Below are positions 1 through 11,268 of a stretch of DNA of 64,000 nucleotides, piece by piece. Position 1 is the stretch's first letter, and each line of letters begins with the position of its first letter. Below the pieces are notes generated by a model. It did not search any database and had not been told where the DNA came from. It saw only the letters and a list, made by a program, of their open reading frames with translations. Made by a program: the position numbers and the translations under genes. The stretch is from Hypanus sabinus (Eukaryota), in assembly GCF_030144855.1 (NCBI RefSeq), contig NC_082712.1, positions 12,152,001 through 12,216,000 on the forward strand. Direction: 5' to 3'.

Positions 1-3000
1 TTTGCTGCACTTCTATAGAATCTGTGTCCACATCTCAAGTAAATGCAGATGCAAAAAATAATTAAAATCTCCACCATTTGTTTTTGCTCCACAGACTGAT
101 TAGCAATCTGGCCCTCCAGAGGATCTATTTTGTACATTGTAATCCTTTTGCTTTTAATATATTGCTGAAACTCCTAGGATTTTGCTTCACAGTTCCTGCT
201 AGAGTAACGTCATGCCTTCTTTTAGCCTCCCTGATTACTTGCTTATGTGTCTCTTGCATTACTTCTACTCCATAAACTTCTCATTGTTCCTTCCTTGTCA
301 TACGGGGGGGGGGGGGCTTTGGGAATGGACCCAAATGCAGGACACAGACACTGAAGTACTAGGAACAGGATGGGACAAAATTAAAGGACAGGACAGGTCG
401 CAGACTAGGCTAGGGAAGCAGGACCAGGTCGAGGGACTGGGAACAAGGAGCCTGGGCATGGACTCCAAGCCTGAGACTGGACAAGGACCCAGAACCTGGG
501 TCTTGACTTGGGCTTGGACCACAAACCAGGTGAAGACGTAAGGAGGCCTGGGATCTTGGAGCTTGAGGCTGTGGTCTTGAAGGCAGACTAGGAACCGTAC
601 ATCAACATAAAGCCAGGGCTTATCCATCGACAAGCCGGGACTCCTCTTTAACAAGACACTAACATGAGATTGGAAAGTACATAGACACAGAGCCGGGACT
701 TGACCTTCGACAAGCCAGGACTCAACTTTCACTTCACACCAAGGTGGGACAGGTCCACCCATCAGATAACGGCAGAACTGCCAGACTTACCCGACGGAGG
801 CAAGGACAAGGCAAGACTGATTCCCCCTGCAGGGCAACAGCAGAACAGCCTGACTTAACCCACAGAGGAGAGGACAAGACAGGACAGGTCATCCCGCAGG
901 GCAACGGCAGAATGGCCTGACTTACCCCACAGAGGAGAGAACAAGACAGATCATCCCACAGGGTAATGGCAGAACAGCCTGACTGACCCCACAGGGTGAA
1001 GACAGGAAGAGACAAACATCAAAGAATGACAGACAGTTCCATCTCTGCATCAGGGATGCTCCAAGTCCCAGTTACGGCCATCAACCTCGGCTGGCTACAG
1101 AAACAACCGGATCCCCACCCAGCTCGGAGAGGCTGACGGCCACCCAGCTGGCCCGGGTAGCAGCTGAATCCATACCGCAATGACAGCTCCAACTACTGAC
1201 AGCAAGACTCCAAGAAGCCATGGTTCTCCAACGCGGCCTAAAGCTGGCAAGTGGCTGTTCTAGCCTTCCACCAGCCATTTGCTCCCAGGGAATCTTGACA
1301 AGACAACCCCCCAAACACACTCAATCCCAGGACCACTTATATATCCAGCCCCAAGATGAGCATCAGGTGCTGATGGTTAAGTCCAACCAAAACAAGGGAT
1401 AGCCGGAGGACCCAGAGTCTGGAGTCTGCGGACCGGACCGTGAACTGGAATGTGGACTTCGGACCGGACCGTGACATTCCTGCCTTTACCTGCTATGCAC
1501 CTTCTTTCTTTCTCTTAACCCGGGCCTCATTATCCCTTCAAAACCAAGATTCTATACATGTGTTCTCTTTACCTTTTATTCTGACTGATACATTCAGGCT
1601 TTGTGCTCTCAAAAGTTCGCTTTTGAGCCCTCCCTCCACCTCTCACTTACCACATGCACATTTCCTAAAAAATACCCTGTCCCAATCCAGACTTGCCAGA
1701 TAATTTCTGATACAATCAAAATTGGGCTTACTCTAATTTAGAATCTCAATCCGCAAACTAGACCCATCTTTATGCATATATACTTTGAAACAAGCTAATG
1801 GCTTTAAGGTGGCTAAATGCAGTGTTCCCCTACAGAAACTTCTGTCACCTGCCCTATCTCATTCCCTAACAGCAGATCCTATCACACGCTCTCATTGGGA
1901 CTTCCACGTTATGATGAAGATAACTTACTTGAACACAAACTTTATCCCATCTAGTCCTTTTATCGCATGGGATCCCCAGTCAATAAGTGGAAAGGCAAAA
2001 TCACCTCCTATACCAACCTTATGTTTATTGCAACAGTCTGCGATCTCTTTACATCTAAATCCCACAGACTGTCAGATGGTATGTAATATCACCCCATTAA
2101 CGTAGTCATAACTTCTTATCTCTCAGTTCCACCCATAGCGCCTCTCCAGACGAGTTCACCAGTCTATCCTGACGTCCCACTGCCGCGACACTTGCTCTGA
2201 CTAGTAACTCCACACTTCCTCCTTTAACCCTTCCCACTCTGTTACATCTAAAACAACAAAACCCCTGAATATTAGGGTGCCAGTTCTGCTCCTCCTGCAA
2301 CGAAGTTTCTCTCGTGGCTACAATGTCATAATTCCAGGATCTGATCTATAGCCTGAACTCATCCACCTATTTTATGATACTTCTTGCATTGAAATATACG
2401 CAGCTCAGAACATAGTCGCACCATGCTGAACTTTTTGATTCCCGACTTTGAGGTTTTTCATCATCTGTTTCCACAACCTCTCCACTAATTGTTCTGGCAG
2501 ACTATTTTCCATTCTACTGCAACTCTAGTTTAAACACCACTGTGCACCATTAACAATCCTTCCGGCTAGGATGTTAGTTCCACACCAGTTTAGGTGCTAA
2601 CCCTCCCTTCTATACCAGTCCACTTTCCTTCCAAGAGATCCCAGTGATCCAAAAATATTTTGCCTTCAATCCTACATCAACTCCTTACCTACGGGTTAAA
2701 CTGTATAATCATCTAGTTCTGGTGTCACTAGCCCGTGACACGAATACCAATCCTAGGATCACAACCTTGGAGGTCCTGCCCTTTAACTTAGCAGTTATAC
2801 TGAAGGACACCCTGCCTTCCCACATTAGAGAAGAGGACCATTCAATTGCCCTGCCTGGAATCACTACTGCCCCAGCTGAGCCAATGTAAAGAAGGGGTGA
2901 GGGAAACATTTCTTTTTCACTTTTTCTGACCGAGGCCTCGAAGAGGTAAAGCCTCAGGATCACCACTCTGACTCTGTCCACTCCGACGATCGCTGCTGTG

Positions 3001-3050
3001 CTTGCCCCTGACTTCCTTTAATTTGCTTTTCCTAATTAATTATTTGGTCA
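1..3050 (-). mobile_element. Degraded CR1 LINE (ORF1 esterase end plus APE/ORF2 remnants), interrupted by a solo LTR at 296-1476
   Basis: APE-like fragment 2106-2300 (IQGFCCFRCNRVGRVKGG..ALWVELRD); ORF1 SGNH-region fragment near 2709-2981 (TSKVVILGL). The sequence appears continuous across the LTR TSD. Confidence 0.7.
296..1476 (-). mobile_element. Solo Gypsy-type LTR with internal tandem-repeat expansion
   Basis: Termini TGTCA (296) and TGACA (1476); 5-bp TSD TTCCT at 291-295 and 1477-1481; TATATAAG on the minus strand near 1340; 3' motif TGCATTTGGGTCC shared with the LTRs ending at 13327 and 16837; about 4 copies of a ~60-bp unit at ~770-1010. Confidence 0.8.
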
Positions 3051-3309
3051 CAGCTGTAAATAAACTAGCGCGGTTGTGGTCTTTTCTAACCGTTAGTGAG
3101 CCTGAGTGAAATTCCCTCTTTTCAAGCTGCTGATCTCACGAACGGTCACTGGTCAATGATGCAAAAAATACTGTCACGTGTTGCCACTCAAAATCCTGAA
3201 TACCAACAAACGTCGTTAAGTGAAGGCAGCTCTGACGGAATTCTTTGCTCGTCCTCAGGGCTGAGGGGTTTATGGATGGTGGTAATTAGTGTCAAGTCTG
3301 GCTGGGGTC

Positions 3310-4052
3310 TGTTACGAATTCCCGTAACTGGATCACTGACCAGCAAATATAGAGAGGTCCGTTGAAATCTATTTTTAAAAGTATTTATTGATAAAGGGCA
3401 CAAAAATAAGATTAATGCAAACATACAGATAATATACATCGTCAATACTAAATCTAAGCGCGGGTATAATAATAGCCAATAAGTAATAGCTCTATTGTTG
3501 TCTAGGGGTTAATATATTGTCCGGTGGAAAGGTAACAGTCACTATCAGTTCGTTCAAGCTGCAGCGTTGTTGGGTTTAAAAGTGATGCGGTTTAAACTTG
3601 CCCCAGGTCTTTTAAGATGCCAATCCGTTGAGTCAGGGGAGCGGGCTTCCCCGTTGTTAGCTGAAAGCTGTTTTCCGTGGTTCCAGCCACGGAATCGAAC
3701 GCACGTGGCTTCCTTCAGATGACTTCCTGCTGTTACGTGGTCGCTTAACGTTTCTTCTGGTGCGTCTGAAGGGGTTGTTCCCCAGACCCTCTTTTATACT
3801 TCCTCACGGGGTCTCCGATGTCAATCAGGTCACTCCCTCCCTCAACCAGCCCACTATGCCTGAGGGCGTTCACGTAGTATAGTAGCTCAATCCACAAATT
3901 GGTCACCAAGAGACAATGACCGTGTCCAGTAGCTTTACATCGCCGGGGAAACGAGCCAGCCTGCACGTCTCTTTTCCCCTTTCCTGGGTCCCTTTACCCA
4001 ACCCAACAGAGATCTTGCGATTCTCACAAAGGAGGGGGCTACGGACGTAACA
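3310..4052 (-). repeat. 3' LTR of the Gmr1-like element (743 bp)
   Basis: Direct repeat of 8968-9729, differing by a 9-bp and a 10-bp indel and scattered substitutions. Confidence 0.95.
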
Positions 4053-4180
4053 CCCCCTTTCTTCAGTGCATTTTTTACCATCGGAAAAAAACGAATTAAT
4101 ACAGAGTCTTACAGGGTGTTAGAATCTAACACAACACCAAAGTTTTTTTTTCTACAGAGTAATGCAGTTATACACTCAAT

Positions 4181-5137
4181 TCAGCATCTAGATAAACAAT
4201 CCGCGAGCACATTATCACTTCCTTTAATATGCTGTATCTTAATATCGAACTCTTGCGGCATCAGACTCCAACTCAATAACCTCCTGTTTTTATTTTTCAT
4301 ATTGGCCAGGAATACCAACGGGTTGTGATCGGTATAGACAAATACGGGTTTTTGCGCTGGACAAATGTACACTTTGAAATGTTGTATCGCCAACACAAGG
4401 GCCAACAATTCTTTTTCCACGGTAGAGTAATTCTTCTGGTGTACATTGAGCTTCCGAGAGAAATATGCTACCGGGTGCTCCACTCCATCCCCTGCTTGCT
4501 GTAAGAGGACTGCTCCGGCAGCCTCATCACTCGCGTCCGTCGCCAGGGAGAAGGGTGCTAACAAATCGGATGCTTTTAAAAAAAGGGTTAATGGCACAAT
4601 ATGGCTTTTAACTTTTCAAAAGCATTCTGATAAGAACGGCCCCACTCAAATTTTTCCTCCTTCCGTAGGAGTTTTGTAAGTGGGAGAGCAATATCCGCGA
4701 AAGTTTTACAGAATTTCCGATAGTATCCCACCAAGCCCAAAAACCTCCTCAGGGCCCTTTTATTGGAGGGTACAGGGACCTCAGAAATAGCCTGTATCTT
4801 CGCCCGCACAGGAGCCAACTGCCCCTCTCCCACCACATACCCCAAGTATGTGATCATGGCATGACCAAATTCACTCTTTGCGAGGTTTACCGTAAGTTGG
4901 GCTGCCGACATTCTTTTAAACAGATTTTCTACCGCCTCCAGGTGCCCCCCCCCCCCCAGGTGTCACTCCAAACTACCACATCGTCAAGATAAGCCTTGGT
5001 GTGGCTTAGCCCCTTTATCACAGTGTCTATCATCCGCTGAAATGTCCCTGGTGCATTTTTCATCCCAAACGGCATAATGTTGTACTCGTACAACCCGGAT
5101 GGGGTGACAAAGGCTGAAATCTCTCGAGTCCTGTCCG
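4181..5137 (-). pseudogene. RT C-terminal part and RNase H of the Gmr1-like pol (frameshifted)
   Basis: ORF 4588-4911 (NLAKSEF..YLGYVVG..LRRFLGLVGYYRKF); ORF 4181-4597 (LATDASDEAAGAVLLQ..PVAYFSRKL..YSTVEKELLA..VYTDHNPL..NVLADCLSR). Confidence 0.9.
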
Positions 5138-6970
5138 TTAAAGGAACGCACGAGTACCCTTTAACAAGTCAATTTTAGTGATGTACCTCGCCTTCCCCAG
5201 TTTATCAATGCAATCATCCACCCAGGGGATAGGGTAAGCGTCTGTCTGGGTGACAGCTTTTACCTTTCGATAATCGGTACAGAATCTTATGGTACCGTCC
5301 GGATTTGGGACAACCACGCAAGGAGAAGGCCACGCAGAAGAGGATTCGCGGATTATCCCAGCAGCTAGCATATGTTCAATCTCCTTTCCTACTAGCTGGC
5401 TCTTTTCGGAATTCATCCGATAAGGGGCCTGTTTTATAGGCGGTGTCGAGGTAACTATCACATCATGTTTCGTCCCACTACACCTTCTTGGGACGTCTGG
5501 ACATAAGTCTTTATGCCGGTTAATGAGCTGTGTTACCTGCTCCCGCTGTTCAAGCTTTAAGTGGCTAACTTTATCCGCAAGGCTTTCTAATATAACCGAG
5601 TTCTCCAGTCTGGTGGGTACTATACGTATCTTTTCAAACCGCTCTGGTTCCTCCTTACCCCTCCCCTCTACCTCATCGGTTTTCATAACCGCACCGACCA
5701 CCGCGGGGGTGGTTTCATGGTACCCTTTCATCATGTTCACGTGAACTAACTGGGTCGGCTTTCGCCGATCGGGGGTATCAATCACGTAATTCAGCGAGTC
5801 TATTTTCTTATACACTGTATATGGTCCTTGAAACCTCGCCTGAAGGGGGTGGGTAACTACCGGAAATAGGACCAAAACCTTGTCGCCCACGTGAAACTCT
5901 TGCTCTCTCGTTCCTTGGTTATACCACTTTCTCATTTTTTTTTCCTGGGAGTCTTTAATGTTTTCTCTTGCTAAGGCGCATACTTTATGCAGCCTTTCCC
6001 GGAATTTCAGAACATAGTCGATCACACTGACTTGAACGGTCGGGCTGGACCACTTTTCTCTCAGGAGGGTTAGAGGGCCCCTGGGCCGGTGACCGAAAAC
6101 AAGCTCAAACGGACTGAACCCCAGAGAGCCCTGAACTGTATCCCTTACGGCAAATAACAGAAGGGGTAAAGCATCATCCCAGTCCCGAACGTTTTCCTGA
6201 CAATAAGTTTTAATCATGGTCTTTAGTGTAGCGTGGAATCTTTCCAACGCTCCTTGGGATTCCGGATGGTATGCAGAGGCTAAAATTTGTTTGACCCCCA
6301 GCTGGGTCATCATCTGCCGAAATGCTCTGGACGTGAATGTACTCCCCTGATCCGACTGTATCTCCTTAGGCAGCCCCACAGTGGTAAAGAATTTAATGAG
6401 AGCCTTCACCACCACGGAAGTCCTAATATTACCCAGAGGCACAGCCTCTGGAAATCGCGTAGCGGCACACATCAGGGTTATGATATACTGCCGCCCACTC
6501 GCAGTTTTAGGTAAAGGACCCACAAAATCCACAATGACTCGGGAGAAAGGCTCCTCACACGCGGGGATGGGTCGGAGGGGTGCCTTAGGGATAACTTGGT
6601 TCGGCTTACCCACCACCTGACATGTATGACACCTTTTACAATACTTAGTAATATATTTTCTCAGATTTGGCCAATAGAACTCTCTGATAACCCGATCCAC
6701 TGTCTTCGTTATTCCCAAAAGCCCACCCAAGGGTCCCTTATGAGCTAAGTTCAAAATTTCGTCCCGATACACTTTCGGGACTACTACCTGATGTACCACC
6801 GCCCAGTCCTCATCGACCGGCACCGCTGGGGGCCTCCATTTTCTCATCAACACACCCTCTTTCAGGTAGTAACCCTTGGGCTCTGTCTCAATCTCAGAAA
6901 GAACTGACTCTCTCAATGCTACCAGCTCCTCGTCACCTTCCTGTTCCCGTACAAACTCTCTTCTTGCCAA
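5138..6970 (-). CDS. Integrase (zinc-binding domain, DDE core, GPY/F module) followed by the RT N-terminus
   Basis: 610-aa ORF: RCHTCQ; RVIVDFVGP / IQSDQG / QGALERFH DDE triad; RFQGPYTV; then PPIKQAPYR..RFCTDYRKV..KIDLLKG. The second His of the HHCC motif reads Leu (GGLLG). Confidence 0.93.
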   Translation of the reverse strand: MARREFVREQEGDEELVALRESVLSEIETEPKGYYLKEGVLMRKWRPPAVPVDEDWAVVHQVVVPKVYRDEILNLAHKGPLGGLLGITKTVDRVIREFYWPNLRKYITKYCKRCHTCQVVGKPNQVIPKAPLRPIPACEEPFSRVIVDFVGPLPKTASGRQYIITLMCAATRFPEAVPLGNIRTSVVVKALIKFFTTVGLPKEIQSDQGSTFTSRAFRQMMTQLGVKQILASAYHPESQGALERFHATLKTMIKTYCQENVRDWDDALPLLLFAVRDTVQGSLGFSPFELVFGHRPRGPLTLLREKWSSPTVQVSVIDYVLKFRERLHKVCALARENIKDSQEKKMRKWYNQGTREQEFHVGDKVLVLFPVVTHPLQARFQGPYTVYKKIDSLNYVIDTPDRRKPTQLVHVNMMKGYHETTPAVVGAVMKTDEVEGRGKEEPERFEKIRIVPTRLENSVILESLADKVSHLKLEQREQVTQLINRHKDLCPDVPRRCSGTKHDVIVTSTPPIKQAPYRMNSEKSQLVGKEIEHMLAAGIIRESSSAWPSPCVVVPNPDGTIRFCTDYRKVKAVTQTDAYPIPWVDDCIDKLGKARYITKIDLLKGTRAFL

Positions 6971-6978
6971 GGGTAGGT

Positions 6979-7485
6979 CTACCTCCCCCCGTTTTTTCTC
7001 TCTCTTTCCTCCCTACTCTCCGGTTTGCCTTCCTCTGACCCTCGTTGGTACAGAGTCGGCAAAAACGTCTCGGCCAAATCGACACTGGCCGGACTTAAAC
7101 TGCTCTCTGTCTCGGCTGCCTTTTTCGCCATGCTGCGAGTGACCGCGCATGCGGGATAGATCTTGGAATCTGGGGGCGGGGCCTCAACCCTCACAGGCTT
7201 GTTTGTCAGCTTCAAGGCTGCACCCACCTTTCCACCCGCCAAGTCGTTACCAAGAAGGACGTCCACGCCTTCCCCCGGCAACTCCGGCAGTACCCCCAAT
7301 TCCACTGGCCCAGACACCAGCTCACAATTCAGAATGACCCTATGCAATGGCACCACGTCGCTCCATTTTCCTATGCCTCTCAGGGCTACCTCTCCCGCCT
7401 GAGGACCAAAATCTAGCACCTTACTGCTAATCAATGACAGCTCAGCCCCCGTGTCTCTCCAGATCCGTACTGGAACTGGGGTGCC
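6979..7485 (-). pseudogene. Aspartic protease region of the Gmr1-like element
   Basis: In frame with gag after a single TGA at 7486-7488; reads GTPVPVRIWRDTGAELSLISSKV (DTG active site) and later GVDVLLGNDL. Confidence 0.85.
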
Positions 7486-8453
7486 TCACTCTTTCACAGA
7501 CACTGTTCCTTTTGAACTAAACGTCTCACGCCCCTCCTGTACCCCCTCTACCGGGGGCCCTCTCGTCGATTTGCTGATCGACGCAATACAGCCTATAGGT
7601 ATGGCTGCTTTCCCTTTTCTTGGCTCCTTCCTCGGAGCGGGGCATCTAGATGCAATGTGACCCACCTTTCCACAATTAAAACAGGTCAAGCCAGGAAACC
7701 TCCTGGCTTCTGGCCTGTCCTCCTCAATTTTACCGCTAGCTCCCAGATGAGTTTCTCCCTTAGCCGGCGGGCTTTCCCTACCGTTCCCACGGGCTCTCGG
7801 GTAACTTTTAGTCGAGGAAAACTTTGTCTTGTGGGTTAGGGCATATTCATCTGTGAACCTAGCGAATTCTGAGATGGACTTATTCGGCTTCTCATTCAAA
7901 TACGTCCGGATATCCTCCGAAACACAACCTTTAAATTCCTCAATCAGAATTAACTCCCTGAGACGCCCATAATCCTCTTCCACTCTCTCAGCGGTGCACC
8001 ACCGGTCCAAGAGCACATCCTTCTCATAGGCAAACTCGGTATACGACTGATTCCACCCTTTCCTTAAATTTCTAAACTTTTGTCTAAACGCCTCAGCTAC
8101 TAGCTCATAACTCCGGAGAATGGCCGCCTTTACTTTGTCATTACTCTCCTCCTCCATGGCCAACGCCGTATCTGCCCGCTGTGCCTTCCCCTTTAACACA
8201 CTTTGTAACAACGCCACCCACTGACCTCTGGGCCACTTCTGATTCACGGCCACCTTTTCAAAAAGCAAGAAATAACTATCCACATCCATCTCCTCGAACG
8301 GAGGTACTAGCCTCGACTCTTGACTAACATTGAACCGCTCCTCTCGGTCTGACCCCGGAACTCGTGGCTCCTGCTGTAACTTCTCCATCTCCAAGTCATG
8401 TTTCTTCTGTTTCTCTTTTTCACCTGCTTCCAGCTGTATTAACCTCATTTCGT

Positions 8454-8523
<70 letters not shown>

Positions 8524-8851
8524 CCCTTTCCCTCTCTTGCTCTCCCTCTTTCACTCTCTCAGCTGCCTCCAGCTGCTTTAACTTAATTGCATGTTCCAAC
8601 TTTAATTTCTCCAACTCTAACTGAGCCGTCCCACTAGCGGGTGCCTCTTCAGGGATATTTTCCAATACCTCAGCTACAAACACATTCTTCCCAATATAAC
8701 ACTGAGTTACTGCCCTTCGCACCTCCCGCTTTTTCATGGACAACCTCATCCCTACGAGGTTTAACTCCTTCGCCAATTTTATCAAGTCCGATTTGGAGGC
8801 CACCTCCAGCGCCTCCAGAGTCGGGTTTTCTATAAGTTCACCCACGTCCAT
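7486..8851 (-). pseudogene. gag with SCAN-like capsid region and CCHC knuckle; frameshift at the (CT)n microsatellite
   Basis: ORFs 8420-8851 and 7486-8448 are in different frames; EAFRQKFRNL..RLRELILIEEFK..EFARFTDEY resembles SCAN; CFNCGKVGHIASRC knuckle. Confidence 0.88.
8457..8521. repeat. (CT)n microsatellite, about 32 units, inside gag, encoding (ER)n
   Basis: Seen directly; translates as ERERERER in ORF 8420-8851. Confidence 0.97.
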
Positions 8852-8967
8852 CTTTGCTGGTTTCCCGTCTGGCTACCCGCGTAACCAGATCCAAGTTTTG
8901 GACTTACAATCCCGATTCACTGGCCTCCCAATTTGGTGTCAAATCTCGAGACGAGAACCCCAACTTT

Positions 8968-9729
8968 TGTTACGAATTCCCGTAACTGGTTCACTTATCA
9001 GCAAAGATAGAGAGGTCCGTTGAAGTCTGCTGGTACTATTTTTAAAAGTACTTATTGATAAAGGGCACAAAAATAAGATTAATGCAAACATACAGATAAT
9101 ATACATCGTCAATACTAAATCTAAGCGCGGGTATAATAATAGCCAATAAGTAATAGCTCTATTGTTGTCTAGGGGTTAATGTATTGTCCGATGGAAAGGT
9201 AACAGTCACTATCAGTTCGTTCAAGCTGCAGCGTTATTGGGTTTAAAAGTGATGCGGTTTAAACTTGCCCCAGGTCTTTTAAGATGCCAATCCGTTGAGT
9301 CAGGGGAGCGGGCTTCCCCGTTGTTAGCTGAAAGCTGTTTTCCGTGGTTCCAGCCACGGAATCGAACGCACGTGGCTTCCTTCAGATGACTTCCTGCTGT
9401 TACGTGGTCGCTTAACGTTTCTTCTGGTGCGTCTGAAGGGGTTGTTCCCCAGACCCTCTTTTATACTTCCTCACGGGGTCTCCGATGTCAATCAGGTTGG
9501 GGGTGTGCACTCCCTCCCTCAACCAGCCCACTATGCCTGAGGGCGTTCACATCGTATAGTAGCTCAATCCACAAATTGGTCACCAAGAGACAATGACCAT
9601 GTCCCGTAGCTTTACATCGCCGGGGAAACGAGCCAGCCTGCACGTCTCTTTTCCCCTTTCCTGGGTCCCTTTACCCAACCCAACAGTGATCTTGTGATTC
9701 TCACAAAGGAGGGGGCTACAGGCGTAACA
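8968..9729 (-). repeat. 5' LTR of the Gmr1-like element (762 bp)
   Basis: Direct repeat of 3310-4052; followed on the minus strand by the PBS-like sequence. Confidence 0.95.
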
Positions 9730-10139
9730 GGTCACATTGATATACCCTGAAGACCAAAGAGATTTTGGCACGTTGGTCCTCATAAATCAAAGTATTGAGT
9801 ACAAGAATTCGCATGTTATGTTCAAGTTGTATCAGATGTAAGTGTATTTGTGCATTTCTGGTCACCATCCTGCAGCCAAGATATCAATAAGTTTGAAAGA
9901 TTGCCCAAAAATGTGTTGGTCTTGGGGACCCGAGCGACAGGGAAAAGTTAAGTACGTTAGGACCTTATTCTCTGAAGTGCAGGAGAATAAGAGGACATTT
10001 GATAGAGCGATACAAAGCTATGAGAGGAATAGAACAGGTCCATCCATCCGCCAAAAGCAGAACCTCCAAGTGACACAACATTTGAAATCTGATTTCCAAC
10101 CTGTTCTGACATCTCAGTCTATGGCCTCTTTTTCTGTCA

Positions 10140-10570
10140 CAATGAAGCCACCCTCAAGATGAGGAGCAACACATTATATTCCATCTGGGAAGTCTCCAAC
10201 CTAAAGGCATGAATATTGATTTCTCCTTCTGGTACAAAAATTCCCCCCACCCCTGTTCTATTCCCCAGTCGGAACTCTTACTTCTTCTCAACTTATCTAT
10301 CACCTACCCCTGGTGCCCTTTCTCCTTCCCTGTCTCTTATGGTTCACTCTCCTCTCCTGTCAGGTATCTTCCTCTCCTGCCCTTTGTCTTTCCCACCCAC
10401 CTCGCTTCACCTATTACTTTCCAGCTATCCTTCTTCCCCTCAATCCACATGTTCATTCTGGAGCCTTCCGCCTTCCATTCCCGTCCCGAAATGCCGACGG
10501 TTTGTTCATTGTCACGGACGATGCCTGTCCTGCTGTGTTCCTCCTGCATTTTGTGCATGCTGCTTTTGAT
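10140..10570 (+). mobile_element. Penelope-like element 3' fragment
   Basis: Degenerate EEQHxIFxLGSLQPxGMNIDFS (GIY-YIG C-terminus), followed by a pyrimidine-rich tail and the typical terminal motif. Confidence 0.6.
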
Positions 10571-11268
10571 TTGCAGGATCTGTGAAATTCCAAGTGTTAT
10601 GGACAGGGTAAATGCAAGGAGGCCTTTCCCCCGGAGGACGAGCGCGATCAGAACTAGACGTCAGGATACCGGGTGAAGGGTGAAATGTTCAGAGTGAATT
10701 TGTGGGAATGTTTTTTACTCAGTATGTGGTGAGAACGTGGATGGACTGCCAGCGTAAGTAGCGGATGCGGGGTCAATTTCACCCCCTTATGCGGATGTGA
10801 GGGGTGTGAAGGGCTGTGGTACCACTGAATTTCCATGGGACTAGGCAGCACAATTGTTCAGCATAGACTAGATGGACCGATTGGCCCGCTTATGTGCTGT
10901 ACTGTTCAACTGTTGTCAGGGCAAGAGGCTTATTTCACAATAGGTCCATTGAGATGTCCCATCGAAGCTGACCTTGAGCCTGGTGGTCGGTGATTTCAGG
11001 CTCTGGCATCTGGAGAGGACAGATGAGAGGACCTCCGGGGTATTCGGGCTGTTTGGTTCTGCTGGCCCTTTACCGAGCCGAAGTCCGCAGAGGGGAAGCT
11101 GGTTCCTGAGATGTGCTGAGCTGTGTCTACGGATTCCTATGGTTTCGTGCAGAGTAATTGCCACAGCAAGGCATTATATATCCAATGCTTTCTATTGTGC
11201 ATCGATAAAACTTGTAATCTACATCGCGAGCGCGCAAACATTCTTTGTTTGTGCGCTGCATTTGGGTC

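Larger units (their letters stand above)
3310..9729 (-). mobile_element. Full-length Gmr1-like Ty3/Gypsy LTR retrotransposon (gag-PR-IN-RT-RH), non-functional
   Basis: LTRs 3310-4052 and 8968-9729 (TGT..ACA); 4-bp TSD GGTC at 3306-3309 and 9730-9733; polypurine tract next to the 3' LTR (~4053-4064); degenerate tRNA-Pro-like PBS (TGGGGTTCTCGTCTCGAGATTTGA) at ~8940-8963; integrase lies upstream of RT. Confidence 0.95.
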
